A stretch of DNA of 46,923 nt from an uncultured Clostridia bacterium (GCA_945947715.1 CAMEYZ010000001.1:1-46923); one strand, 5' to 3'; positions 26,844 through 34,890 are shown, numbered from the stretch's first letter. The notes: generated from the sequence alone by a model not told the origin. Translations and numbers: made by a program.

Positions 26844-28514
26844 ATGAGTATTCCTATGATACACAAGCACAGCTTCGGAGATAAAAAATATCTTCAGCCC
26901 GCTGATATTTCGGACGAGCAGATACGCAAAGCAGTTTATTCCCGCAGCAGATTCAGCATGACCGTCGAGCTTATGCGCAGACTTGACAGGATAGACGCGG
27001 AGGATTTTTCTGAAAATACAAATAAGTATTTTATCTCGGCAGAACATATCAACGACGCATATATCGCTGTTATGGCAATATACGGCTGCATAGCCGATAA
27101 AATGGAGGAGCTTGGCAGCGTTATCCTTCTTGATGAGAGGGACGGCAAAAATACCGAAAGCAACGTTGCGGCAGCTATCAAGATTTCTGCGGAGATGAAT
27201 GACCCAAGTACCGCTGAGATGCTCTCCTGCGAGAACAATCCTGTTATACATAACCTTCCCTCTCTTTCAGAGGGGAATATCGGAAGGGATATCCTCCTTG
27301 ATGACAGGATAGAGTTTTTCATATGCTGTCCGCCTGCCGACCGCTCTGACCCTGTGATGAAGCAGGTGGAGGGCTGCTGCAGATGCGTGTTCATTGAATC
27401 GGACAGCTCCGAGGACCCAAGAAGTATCCTGACCGATTATTTCTGGGAAAGGGACTATGATCCCGAAAATGTGGAAAAGGAGATAAGCTCTCTTGTGCGC
27501 AGTATTCATACCCGCGATGAATATGTTATCGCTTCGGCGGCCCGTCAGGTCATCAGCAATCATCTGTACAATTCGCCCGACGACCGCGAGCTCACACGCA
27601 GCGATTTCAAGGGTGTGGCTGAGCTGTTTTCAGCGTCCTCTGCAAAGGTCTCTGTCAAGGGCGCCTCACTTGTGGGGCTTGAAAAGGAAACGGAAAAGAT
27701 AAACGGCATAATCAACTCGGTAGGTATTGACAAGCTCAGATTCGACAAGGGCATCTCAAGGAGCTTCAGCGGCTGCAGTATGGTCTTCGCAGGACCTCCG
27801 GGCACCGCTAAGACTACCCTTGCAAGACTTTTCGCCGAAAAGCTGGCAGAGCTCCACATCATCAAAAGCGGTTCCTGCTTCAAGGAATGTACCAAATCCG
27901 ATTATGTGGGTCAGTATGTGGGACATACTGCTGCAAAGGTGGATTCCCTCTTTTCTGAAATGTCCAAAAACGGCGGCGGAGTTATCTTCTTTGATGAGAT
28001 ATATACCCTTGCAGAGGATAACGCTACTGCCTTCGATAAGGAGGCTGTGACCTGCATCACCCAGAATATGGAGAATTACAGAGGAAACGTGTTCTGTATC
28101 TTTGCAGGCTATGAGGACAAAATGGACAGCTTTCTGTCCTCCAATCCCGGACTCAGGTCGCGTATGAGCTTTATCGTGAGATTTTCAGGCTATTCAGACG
28201 AAACACTGGTCAGCATTTTCAGGAGCATGGCGGCTGCGGATAATTACAAGCTTCCTGACAGCTGCGAGGATATCCTCTGTGACTTTTTCAGCCGCCTGAG
28301 AAGCTCGCGGGGGGAAAAGTTCGGAAACGGCAGAGAAGCCCGCAATCTGCTGGTGAACGCAAAGCAGAAGCATGCTCAGAGGATAAGCGGATTTAAGAAA
28401 AAAACTGCAAAAATGCTCACGGTTCTGGAAATAGAGGATATCTCGTCGGCTGCTGAGGATATGCTGTCCTCCGAGCTTTCAGACGGCTTCGTTCACAGGA
28501 CCATTGGTTTCTGA
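26844..28514 (+). CDS. AAA+ ATPase, CbbX/SpoVK-type C-terminal module with an uncharacterised ~300-aa N-terminal region
   Basis: Walker A GPPGTAKT (27792-27815), Walker B VIFFDEIY, GLRSRM, sensor-2 GNGREARNL. RBS AGGAGG. Starts 3 nt after the P1 stop. Confidence 0.85.
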   Translation: MSIPMIHKHSFGDKKYLQPADISDEQIRKAVYSRSRFSMTVELMRRLDRIDAEDFSENTNKYFISAEHINDAYIAVMAIYGCIADKMEELGSVILLDERDGKNTESNVAAAIKISAEMNDPSTAEMLSCENNPVIHNLPSLSEGNIGRDILLDDRIEFFICCPPADRSDPVMKQVEGCCRCVFIESDSSEDPRSILTDYFWERDYDPENVEKEISSLVRSIHTRDEYVIASAARQVISNHLYNSPDDRELTRSDFKGVAELFSASSAKVSVKGASLVGLEKETEKINGIINSVGIDKLRFDKGISRSFSGCSMVFAGPPGTAKTTLARLFAEKLAELHIIKSGSCFKECTKSDYVGQYVGHTAAKVDSLFSEMSKNGGGVIFFDEIYTLAEDNATAFDKEAVTCITQNMENYRGNVFCIFAGYEDKMDSFLSSNPGLRSRMSFIVRFSGYSDETLVSIFRSMAAADNYKLPDSCEDILCDFFSRLRSSRGEKFGNGREARNLLVNAKQKHAQRISGFKKKTAKMLTVLEIEDISSAAEDMLSSELSDGFVHRTIGF

Positions 28515-28534
28515 ATACACGGGGAGGGATAAAT

Positions 28535-29599
28535 GTGGATAATATCAGTCAGTTTGAATTTCTGACAAAAATAGAACACTGTGTCAATGATAATGGCTCT
28601 GCCGATGATTTTGCTGAGCTTGAAGGTGAGATGTTTTCGAAAAACTCCGTTTTGATCGAGAATCCGTTTATTACTGACGAGTATGATGAACTCGTGCTCA
28701 GCAGCACTTATAATTTTCTGTCCGTATTTGCCGAACGTTTCCCCGAAAGATTTCTCATACAGGATAATGCTAACATTTCGGACTCAGGTCCATTCATCTA
28801 CAAGGCAATGCTGCGTGATATTTTTGCGGGCAGAAGGTCGGCTGAAACGCTGGCTGAAATTGTATTTGCGCCGTTTTTCCCTGATAGCTATTTTAATGAA
28901 GCTCTGACTGCAGCGGTATTAAGCGGGAACGACAGCTTTTTTGAATATTTTATTCAGAAGGTTGAAAATCCGGTGCGTTACGTAAGCAAATCAATATACA
29001 TGTATTTCACGGATCACGGCATGTATGACCATATCGAAAGAATATTCAGAGGAGCTTCCCGGGAGGAAATATTAGCTGTCTGCCGCAATTCGATAGGACA
29101 GCTGCTGCGACAGGTAGATATTAAGTGCAAAAAAATGCCGGTAGAGTATCTGTACGAGCTTACCGGATATCTTCCGGGAAATGTCAGCGCAGAAGAACGT
29201 TCCAGGATTGTGATCGGTATCATGGAGGAGGTTAATGATTGGGAAGCATCTATATTTTCGGATAGGAGGAATATGCTTGTACGGACAAACAAAACAGAAA
29301 AACACTGGGGTGTGGACACATGGAAATATATGAATGAACATGGAATAAAAATCCGTTCGCTGGATTTTCTTTTTGGCAATAAGCTCAGATTCAATATATC
29401 CGATGAGAAAATCCTCTCGATACTTAGTCTTATCCAGGAATACATTGTTCCTATTCTTGAGGACAAGCTCATTATTACCGAAAAATTCTATGCTTTTCTG
29501 AGCAAAAGCCAGCAGGAGTTAGTGATTCGGTTTGTTGAGCTTATAGGAGCAGACAGAGTTTACATGGATTGCACCGATAAAAACTGCAGCTTTTTTTGA
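28535..29599 (+). CDS. Hypothetical helical protein P3 (354 aa), N-terminal part of a P1 paralogue
   Basis: GTG start with GGGGAGGG 6 nt upstream. Ends AGC TTT TTT TGA inside a T7 run. The +1 frame continues open into the next ORF. Confidence 0.7.
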   Translation: MDNISQFEFLTKIEHCVNDNGSADDFAELEGEMFSKNSVLIENPFITDEYDELVLSSTYNFLSVFAERFPERFLIQDNANISDSGPFIYKAMLRDIFAGRRSAETLAEIVFAPFFPDSYFNEALTAAVLSGNDSFFEYFIQKVENPVRYVSKSIYMYFTDHGMYDHIERIFRGASREEILAVCRNSIGQLLRQVDIKCKKMPVEYLYELTGYLPGNVSAEERSRIVIGIMEEVNDWEASIFSDRRNMLVRTNKTEKHWGVDTWKYMNEHGIKIRSLDFLFGNKLRFNISDEKILSILSLIQEYIVPILEDKLIITEKFYAFLSKSQQELVIRFVELIGADRVYMDCTDKNCSFF

Positions 29600-29633
29600 C
29601 GATGAATTTTTTAACGAAAATACTGACGGTGAT

Positions 29634-29882
29634 ATGAAGGCACGTTCACTGGCAAAAACAGGTGTTCATGTGATATTAGACGATGACATACGCAACAGCT
29701 ATTATGTCTCCAAGCTTCTGTTAGATGTCCAATGTCTGGGATATATGCTGGACGGAGCTGCTCTGACAGATGAACAGATAGATACGCTTATTGATATATG
29801 CGTCGAGAAAAAACTGTTTGACGCCATGAATGCTGTCAGAAAATATGTTGACAGGAAGATTTCTTCAAAATTGAAAAAATAA
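29634..29882 (+). CDS. Small ORF P4 (82 aa), probably the C-terminal part of P3 reached by a +1 shift
   Basis: Its frame is open upstream back through 29598. There is no convincing RBS of its own. LLLDVQCLGYMLDGAALTDEQIDTLIDICVEKKLFDAMNAVRKY aligns with the P1 C-terminus. Confidence 0.6.
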   Translation: MKARSLAKTGVHVILDDDIRNSYYVSKLLLDVQCLGYMLDGAALTDEQIDTLIDICVEKKLFDAMNAVRKYVDRKISSKLKK

Positions 29883-29948
29883 CCGCAGAAACATCTTGTA
29901 TAATATGATCATAGGATAAAAAACATCAAAAAACAGGAGGAATTTATT

Positions 29949-31184
29949 ATGACAAATTCAATTACCGCTTCCGGAGGAAGACACAGCGTTACTATCGCAC
30001 AGGCAAAGGAGCAGCTTAAGATGATCTGCCGCACCTATCTTGAAAAGGATAGCTCGGGTCAGCCTATTATCCCCGTGAACAGACAGCGTCCCATTATGCT
30101 TATGGGTCCTGCGGGCATTGGAAAGACTGATATCCCCAGGCAGGCAGCTAAGGATATGGGTCTGGGCTATGTTTCCTACTCAATCACTCACCACACCAGA
30201 CAGAGCGCCCTCGGACTTCCCAAGATCGTTTCCAGAAGCTACAACGGAGAGAATATCTCCACCACAGAATATACCGCCAGCGAGATAGTTACCTCGGTAA
30301 GAGACGAGATCGAACGCACGGGCAATCCTGAAGGGATTCTCTTCATCGACGAGGTGAACTGTGCTTCTGAAACACTGGCTGCTCCCATGCTGCAGCTTTT
30401 CCAGAACAAGACCCTCGGACAGAGCAGAATACCTGACGGCTGGATACTGGTCATGGCGGGAAATCCTCCCGAGTATAACAAGAGCGTCAAGGAATTTGAC
30501 GCGGTTACAAGAGACCGTCTCAGAGTTATCAACATAGTGCCCGACAGCGAGGCATGGCTCAGATATGCGTCAGAAAATAAGCTGCACCCCATAATCACAG
30601 CATACATAACCTCTGACAGCAGCAAGATATACTCCTTTGACGAAAATGATAACAGCATCGTTACTCCCAGAGGCTGGGAGGAGCTGTCCATAACTCTTAC
30701 AGCCTTTGAAAGAAACAGCTTCCCTGTGACTATCGACCTTATCGAGCAGTATCTCGCCGTTCCTACGGTGGCAGCCGAATTTTTCGACTATTACCGCCTT
30801 GTCAAGGAAACCATATCCGAAGAGGAAATAGATCTTATCGTCAGCGGAAAGGCCTCCGCGGATATGATATCCCGGCTTAAGGGCTGCAACGTGGGGATAC
30901 GCTTTATGCTTATTGAGTGTATGAAGAGAAGGCTTCATATGGCAGCAGTTTCTGGTGATCTTCGACTGGCTTCGGAGATGATGGATAATATATCCGATTT
31001 TGTGGAAAAGGTCTACGGAAAGAACGGCGAAATAGAGATATTTATGAGCGGTATCCTTGTGGACGGCGATATTGTCAAGGCTGCGATAGCCTCTCGCAAT
31101 CAGCGCTTTGGCGTTTATCTGGACAACGTTACCACCGCGGAGACTAATATCAAGAAAAAGCTTAAAAAGACTGCAAAGCAGTAA
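29949..31184 (+). CDS. MoxR-like AAA+ ATPase (AAA_5 type), cassette 2
   Basis: Walker A GPAGIGKT (30105-30128), Walker B ILFIDEVNCA, MAGNPPEYN, Arg-rich TRDRLRV. RBS AGGAGG. Confidence 0.85.
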   Translation: MTNSITASGGRHSVTIAQAKEQLKMICRTYLEKDSSGQPIIPVNRQRPIMLMGPAGIGKTDIPRQAAKDMGLGYVSYSITHHTRQSALGLPKIVSRSYNGENISTTEYTASEIVTSVRDEIERTGNPEGILFIDEVNCASETLAAPMLQLFQNKTLGQSRIPDGWILVMAGNPPEYNKSVKEFDAVTRDRLRVINIVPDSEAWLRYASENKLHPIITAYITSDSSKIYSFDENDNSIVTPRGWEELSITLTAFERNSFPVTIDLIEQYLAVPTVAAEFFDYYRLVKETISEEEIDLIVSGKASADMISRLKGCNVGIRFMLIECMKRRLHMAAVSGDLRLASEMMDNISDFVEKVYGKNGEIEIFMSGILVDGDIVKAAIASRNQRFGVYLDNVTTAETNIKKKLKKTAKQ

Positions 31185-31196
31185 GGAGCTGATAAT

Positions 31197-32576
31197 ATGC
31201 GCGATAAAAATTCCTTTACACCCGATGAGCTTGAGCTGGCAGCGGAGATAATCAGCCACACGATCCGCAGGACCACAATGGAGCTCTCCTTTCTACAGCG
31301 GGCCGTTTACTCGCTTAAAACGGAGCCTGCGGACGAGGTGGAGACCATATGCTCGGATTATGAATATCTCTATTATAATCCCAAGTGGGTCATCAGTATG
31401 TACACCAAAAATAAGGACAAGCTGATAAATGCCATAATCCATACTGTGCTGCACAGTCTGTACCTTCACCCGTCAATGACGTCGGAAAAGGATGATGTTT
31501 TTGATACGGCAGCTGACTTTTCCGTGTTCTGCATGATGAAGTCTGCTGATCTGCTCAGTGGCATGTCTTCGGTGGAGAGTGACATAGATAAGTTCATCGA
31601 CAAGTATAAAGTAAGCTCCACAGCCGAGCTGTACGAGCTTGCAGAATCAGATGTCAAGGCGTTTGGCAAGATGTTCTCCATAGTGTCAAAGCTTAAGTCT
31701 GACGATCATCAGATGTGGTACACCAGACGGGAAAAAAATCAGCAGAATAGGCTGGACGCTCCTGAGATCAGCGGAGATGCTGCCCCTTTGGAAGAAGCTC
31801 CTGAGCAGAAGGGCAGCGACATCTCAGCTGCGGCAGCGATCTCTGAGGCGGAACAGAGCTGGTCATCACTGCTGTCCCATGCGAAGGTGAGCGCTCGCAG
31901 CGAGTGCTTCGGCAGCAAACACGGAAATATGTTCATGGAAATAAAAAAGCCTGACCGGTTCAGCAGGTTTTCTTATCTGGAGTATATCCGCCGGTTTGCA
32001 ATACAGGAGGTCATGTCTGAGGACCCTGATACCTTCGACCTTATGATGTACACCTGGGGCATGGATAATCTGGGGGACACTCCGATAATTGAATTCAGCG
32101 AGACCCGTGAGCAGTGCAGTGCTACGGATATAATCATCGCCATAGATATGTCGGGCTCCTGCGGCGGAGATATCGCAGTCAATTTTCTGCGGCAGATATA
32201 CTCCCTTTTCGAGCAGATGAACATTCGCAGCTCAGTTAATATCCACGTGGTGACCTTTGATACCTGTATCATCAGCAAAAAGGTGATACGTTCCCGCAAA
32301 GACGCATACGAGCTTATTAAAAACTATAGGGGGAGTGGCTGGGGAGGCACCGATTTTACCTGTGTATTTAATTATGCGGATAGCTTTTCTAAGGAAAATC
32401 ACGGAAAAAGACTTAAAGGACTGTTTTTCTTCTCGGACGCAATGGGCATGTTCCCCGGCACAAAGCCCAGCTACAGAACGACGTTCTTCATTCCCGAGAA
32501 CAGCAGCTTTGGCGCAGGTACATTCTGGGAGCCAGATGTTCCTGACTGGGTAGAGATGGTCCATTACAAGGACTGA
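31197..32576 (+). CDS. VWA-domain protein with DUF2201-type pseudo-metallopeptidase N-domain (MoxR partner, cassette 2)
   Basis: HTVLH occupies the HExxH position (31440-31454). MIDAS IAIDMSGSC (32145-32159). C-terminal GGTDF. 12 nt after the MoxR stop, with RBS AAGGAG. Confidence 0.8.
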   Translation: MRDKNSFTPDELELAAEIISHTIRRTTMELSFLQRAVYSLKTEPADEVETICSDYEYLYYNPKWVISMYTKNKDKLINAIIHTVLHSLYLHPSMTSEKDDVFDTAADFSVFCMMKSADLLSGMSSVESDIDKFIDKYKVSSTAELYELAESDVKAFGKMFSIVSKLKSDDHQMWYTRREKNQQNRLDAPEISGDAAPLEEAPEQKGSDISAAAAISEAEQSWSSLLSHAKVSARSECFGSKHGNMFMEIKKPDRFSRFSYLEYIRRFAIQEVMSEDPDTFDLMMYTWGMDNLGDTPIIEFSETREQCSATDIIIAIDMSGSCGGDIAVNFLRQIYSLFEQMNIRSSVNIHVVTFDTCIISKKVIRSRKDAYELIKNYRGSGWGGTDFTCVFNYADSFSKENHGKRLKGLFFFSDAMGMFPGTKPSYRTTFFIPENSSFGAGTFWEPDVPDWVEMVHYKD

Positions 32577-32587
32577 GGAGGACAAAT

Positions 32588-32728
32588 GTGACAGAGCTTC
32601 AGGAAATGATGCTATGCTATATCCCGTCGGAGACTACAGAGATAGACGTAATTTCAAGAGAACATGAGCACATGGGCGTACTTTGCGCCGAATTATGGAA
32701 GGAGAATAAATATGTGCAGAGAAATTAA
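32588..32728 (+). CDS. Candidate 46-aa micro-ORF between the VWA and RNA-ligase genes
   Basis: GTG lies 6 nt after a perfect AGGAGG that overlaps the VWA stop. 46 sense codons. Its TAA overlaps the ligase start by 17 nt. No homology can be judged. Confidence 0.3.
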   Translation: MTELQEMMLCYIPSETTEIDVISREHEHMGVLCAELWKENKYVQRN

Positions 32729-33638
32729 GCATAAGAAGTATCTTGACATCGAAAGATTTACCGATAAGCTTGCTTTCGGTTTCAGCGCGGGAGACGATAT
32801 CCTCATCGAGGAAAAGATCGACGGTTCAAATGCAAGCTTTCTCTATGATGAGGAGTCTGACAGCATCATCGCTTTTTCAAGAAATTATCAGTTAGACGAG
32901 GAAAATGATCTTCGGGGCTTCTGGGGCTGGACTCAGAGCCTTGACAAGGAGCTTGTCAAAAAGGTCATTGGCACGTCAAAGAAGGTTTTCGGAGAATGGC
33001 TGGTCCCTCATACGGTGAAATATCCTGAGGAATGTTATCAGAAGTTCTACTGCTTCGACGTGTGGGATATCGAAAATAACAAGTATCTCACTCAGAACGA
33101 GGCAATGGAGATAGCCGAAGCGCTGGGACTTACCTTCGTACCTGTTTTCTATTCCGGAAAATTCACGAGCTGGAACGATATCAAGGGATATGTGGGAAGG
33201 ACCGCTCTCGGCGGAGAAGAGGGCGAGGGTATCGTAGTCAAGAACATGTCCTCCCTGAATAACGATGAGATACGTTGCGTGTTTTACACGAAGCTTGTCA
33301 GTGATAAGTTCCTTGAGGTACACGACGTCAAGAAGTTCAAACAGAAAAAGGAAAAGGATCCTGATATGTATAAGCTGTCCCCGGATATGGAGATAGCAGC
33401 TATGGTAGTGACCAGAGCTCGTGTGGAGAAGATACTCAATAAAATGGTGGACGACGGCATTATCCCCGAAAACTGGGGCAGGAACGACGTGGGCACCATT
33501 ATGAAGAATGCGGGCAGGCTCGTATATGAGGATTGCGTGAAGGAGGAGCCCGAGATCGTAGCAAAGGCGGAGGATTTCGGAAAGGCATGCAGTGCCACCA
33601 TCGTCAGAGTGCTTAAGAAGATCGTGCTGGACAGATAA
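32712..33638 (+). CDS. ATP-dependent RNA-ligase-fold nucleotidyltransferase (RNA_ligase/Rnl2-like family)
   Basis: Motif I EEKIDGSN (Lys codon 32814-32816), motif III VFGEW, IIIa FYCFDVW, IV EGIVVKN, V YTKLVSDKF. GGAAGGAG lies 7 nt upstream of ATG 32712, which I prefer over 32664. Confidence 0.8.
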   Translation: MCREIKHKKYLDIERFTDKLAFGFSAGDDILIEEKIDGSNASFLYDEESDSIIAFSRNYQLDEENDLRGFWGWTQSLDKELVKKVIGTSKKVFGEWLVPHTVKYPEECYQKFYCFDVWDIENNKYLTQNEAMEIAEALGLTFVPVFYSGKFTSWNDIKGYVGRTALGGEEGEGIVVKNMSSLNNDEIRCVFYTKLVSDKFLEVHDVKKFKQKKEKDPDMYKLSPDMEIAAMVVTRARVEKILNKMVDDGIIPENWGRNDVGTIMKNAGRLVYEDCVKEEPEIVAKAEDFGKACSATIVRVLKKIVLDR

Positions 33639-33651
33639 GCTCGTCTGAATG

Positions 33652-33690
33652 AAAAATCGCTGTCGCGGATAGCTGCGGCAGCGATTTTTG
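33652..33690. terminator. Bidirectional intrinsic terminator between the convergent RNA-ligase and WYL genes
   Basis: AAATCGCTGTCGC-loop-GCGGCAGCGATTT followed by T5 and preceded by A5. Confidence 0.85.
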
Positions 33691-33699
33691 TTGAGTATA

Positions 33700-34890
33700 T
33701 CAAAGCTGTGTAGGCTCCCTGTCATAGGTCTGCAGAAGCTTTTCGGCAGCCTCCTTCATCTCCTGGCGCAATGACGGCGGAGAGAGTATCTCACAGCCCC
33801 AGCCGTATTCCAGTGCCCACATCTTCACCCCTGACAGCGAGGTGTTCATAATATCCACCTGCACATGAGAGGCGTCTATATCATTGATGAGCACGTCAAA
33901 GCCGAAGGTGTCTATGACGTTATTTATCAGGCTTCTGTCGCATATCATTGAGACTGAGTGCTTGGACAGGTCGCTATACATCACAGGATTTTTATTCTTA
34001 TAGGTTATCTCGTTGAATTTTTCTTCGGGCAGCTGTGCCTTATGCTCGGTACATTTTACCTCTATCATGCGGTCAACGCGGTAATTGATATAAACGGGAC
34101 CTTTTTTCGGATTAAAGGAATAGGTCACAAGATAGTAATATCCATTGGTCCACATGAGCTTTACCGGATTGACCTCTCTCACATCAGGGTCGTTCTTATC
34201 GCAGGAAAACTTCGGGTGCTTGACCACCAGCTCCTTTTTGGAGTTGTATTCGCAGTATTTGAATCTTACTGTATTTATGGGCTTTTCATAGGAGCGGTCG
34301 TTATCCTCGCGTATTGCTTCCTTATCGGATTCGGTCAGCTCACGTATGTATTTTGTAGTTGAAAGAGCCTTGCTTATCTCCTCGATATTTTCGTAATAGG
34401 TGCCATTATATTTTATGGCAGACACCTTGCGGGGATCGTAAAGCTCCTGATTATATTCCGGGGTGAGCTGGTTGAGACCGTAGATGATATCCTTTGTGAC
34501 CTTCGGGTCAGCGAAGGAATATACTGCGATAGCGTCTCGGAGTATCTTTATCTGTGTCTCGGACAGCGGGCCCTCAACATAATATCTTCTTATATCTCTT
34601 TCCTTGCTCTTGGGAACATTCGGACAAGGTTCCGCATACAGCTTGAGCCCGTAATAAAATATGCTGTTTTCGCTTTTTTCGGCTTTTTCCACCAGCTTAT
34701 CAAGGGTGCGATACACGTTATACACCGTGCTGTCAGAAAGATCGCTTACCATATCCGTGTCATATTTTAGCTTGTACATAGCCGCATAGATCTCTCTTCC
34801 CGAAACCTTATGCCCCTCCGAGGAATTATCAATAAGAAATTGAATGATATCCTTTTCGGAAATAGATTTATCTTTATTAGAATCAGACAT
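33700..34890 (-). CDS. WYL-domain transcriptional regulator (wHTH - WYL - WCX architecture)
   Basis: N-terminal wHTH-like IIQFLIDNSSEGHKVSGREIYAAM. WYL core VNPVKLMWTNGYYYLVTY...INYRVDRMIEV (~34060-34165). C-terminal WCX-like MWALEYGWGCEILSPPSLRQEM. Confidence 0.85.
   Translation of the reverse strand: MSDSNKDKSISEKDIIQFLIDNSSEGHKVSGREIYAAMYKLKYDTDMVSDLSDSTVYNVYRTLDKLVEKAEKSENSIFYYGLKLYAEPCPNVPKSKERDIRRYYVEGPLSETQIKILRDAIAVYSFADPKVTKDIIYGLNQLTPEYNQELYDPRKVSAIKYNGTYYENIEEISKALSTTKYIRELTESDKEAIREDNDRSYEKPINTVRFKYCEYNSKKELVVKHPKFSCDKNDPDVREVNPVKLMWTNGYYYLVTYSFNPKKGPVYINYRVDRMIEVKCTEHKAQLPEEKFNEITYKNKNPVMYSDLSKHSVSMICDRSLINNVIDTFGFDVLINDIDASHVQVDIMNTSLSGVKMWALEYGWGCEILSPPSLRQEMKEAAEKLLQTYDREPTQL

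Noticed and set aside
26844-32576. Reading the CbbX-like plus MoxR/VWA genes as Rubisco activases (CbbX, CbbQ/CbbO)
   Set aside because: No RuBisCO, carboxysome or Calvin-cycle genes occur anywhere in the window, and the organism looks like a fermentative anaerobe. The similarity is at the AAA+ family level only.
32664-32711. Upstream ATG (32664) given by the ORF track as the RNA-ligase start
   Set aside because: It has no RBS. ATG 32712 is preceded by GGAAGGAG at 7 nt, and homologous ligases begin shortly before the KxDG motif region. The 16 extra residues (MSTWAYFAPNYGRRIN) look non-coding.
26631-33725. Long antisense ORFs inside the candidate operon (26631-27251, 26936-27394, 30570-31259, 32976-33725, 33284-33703)
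   Set aside because: All lie opposite strongly supported sense genes, lack RBSs, and have skewed compositions rich in Ser, Leu, Arg and Cys. They are shadow ORFs.
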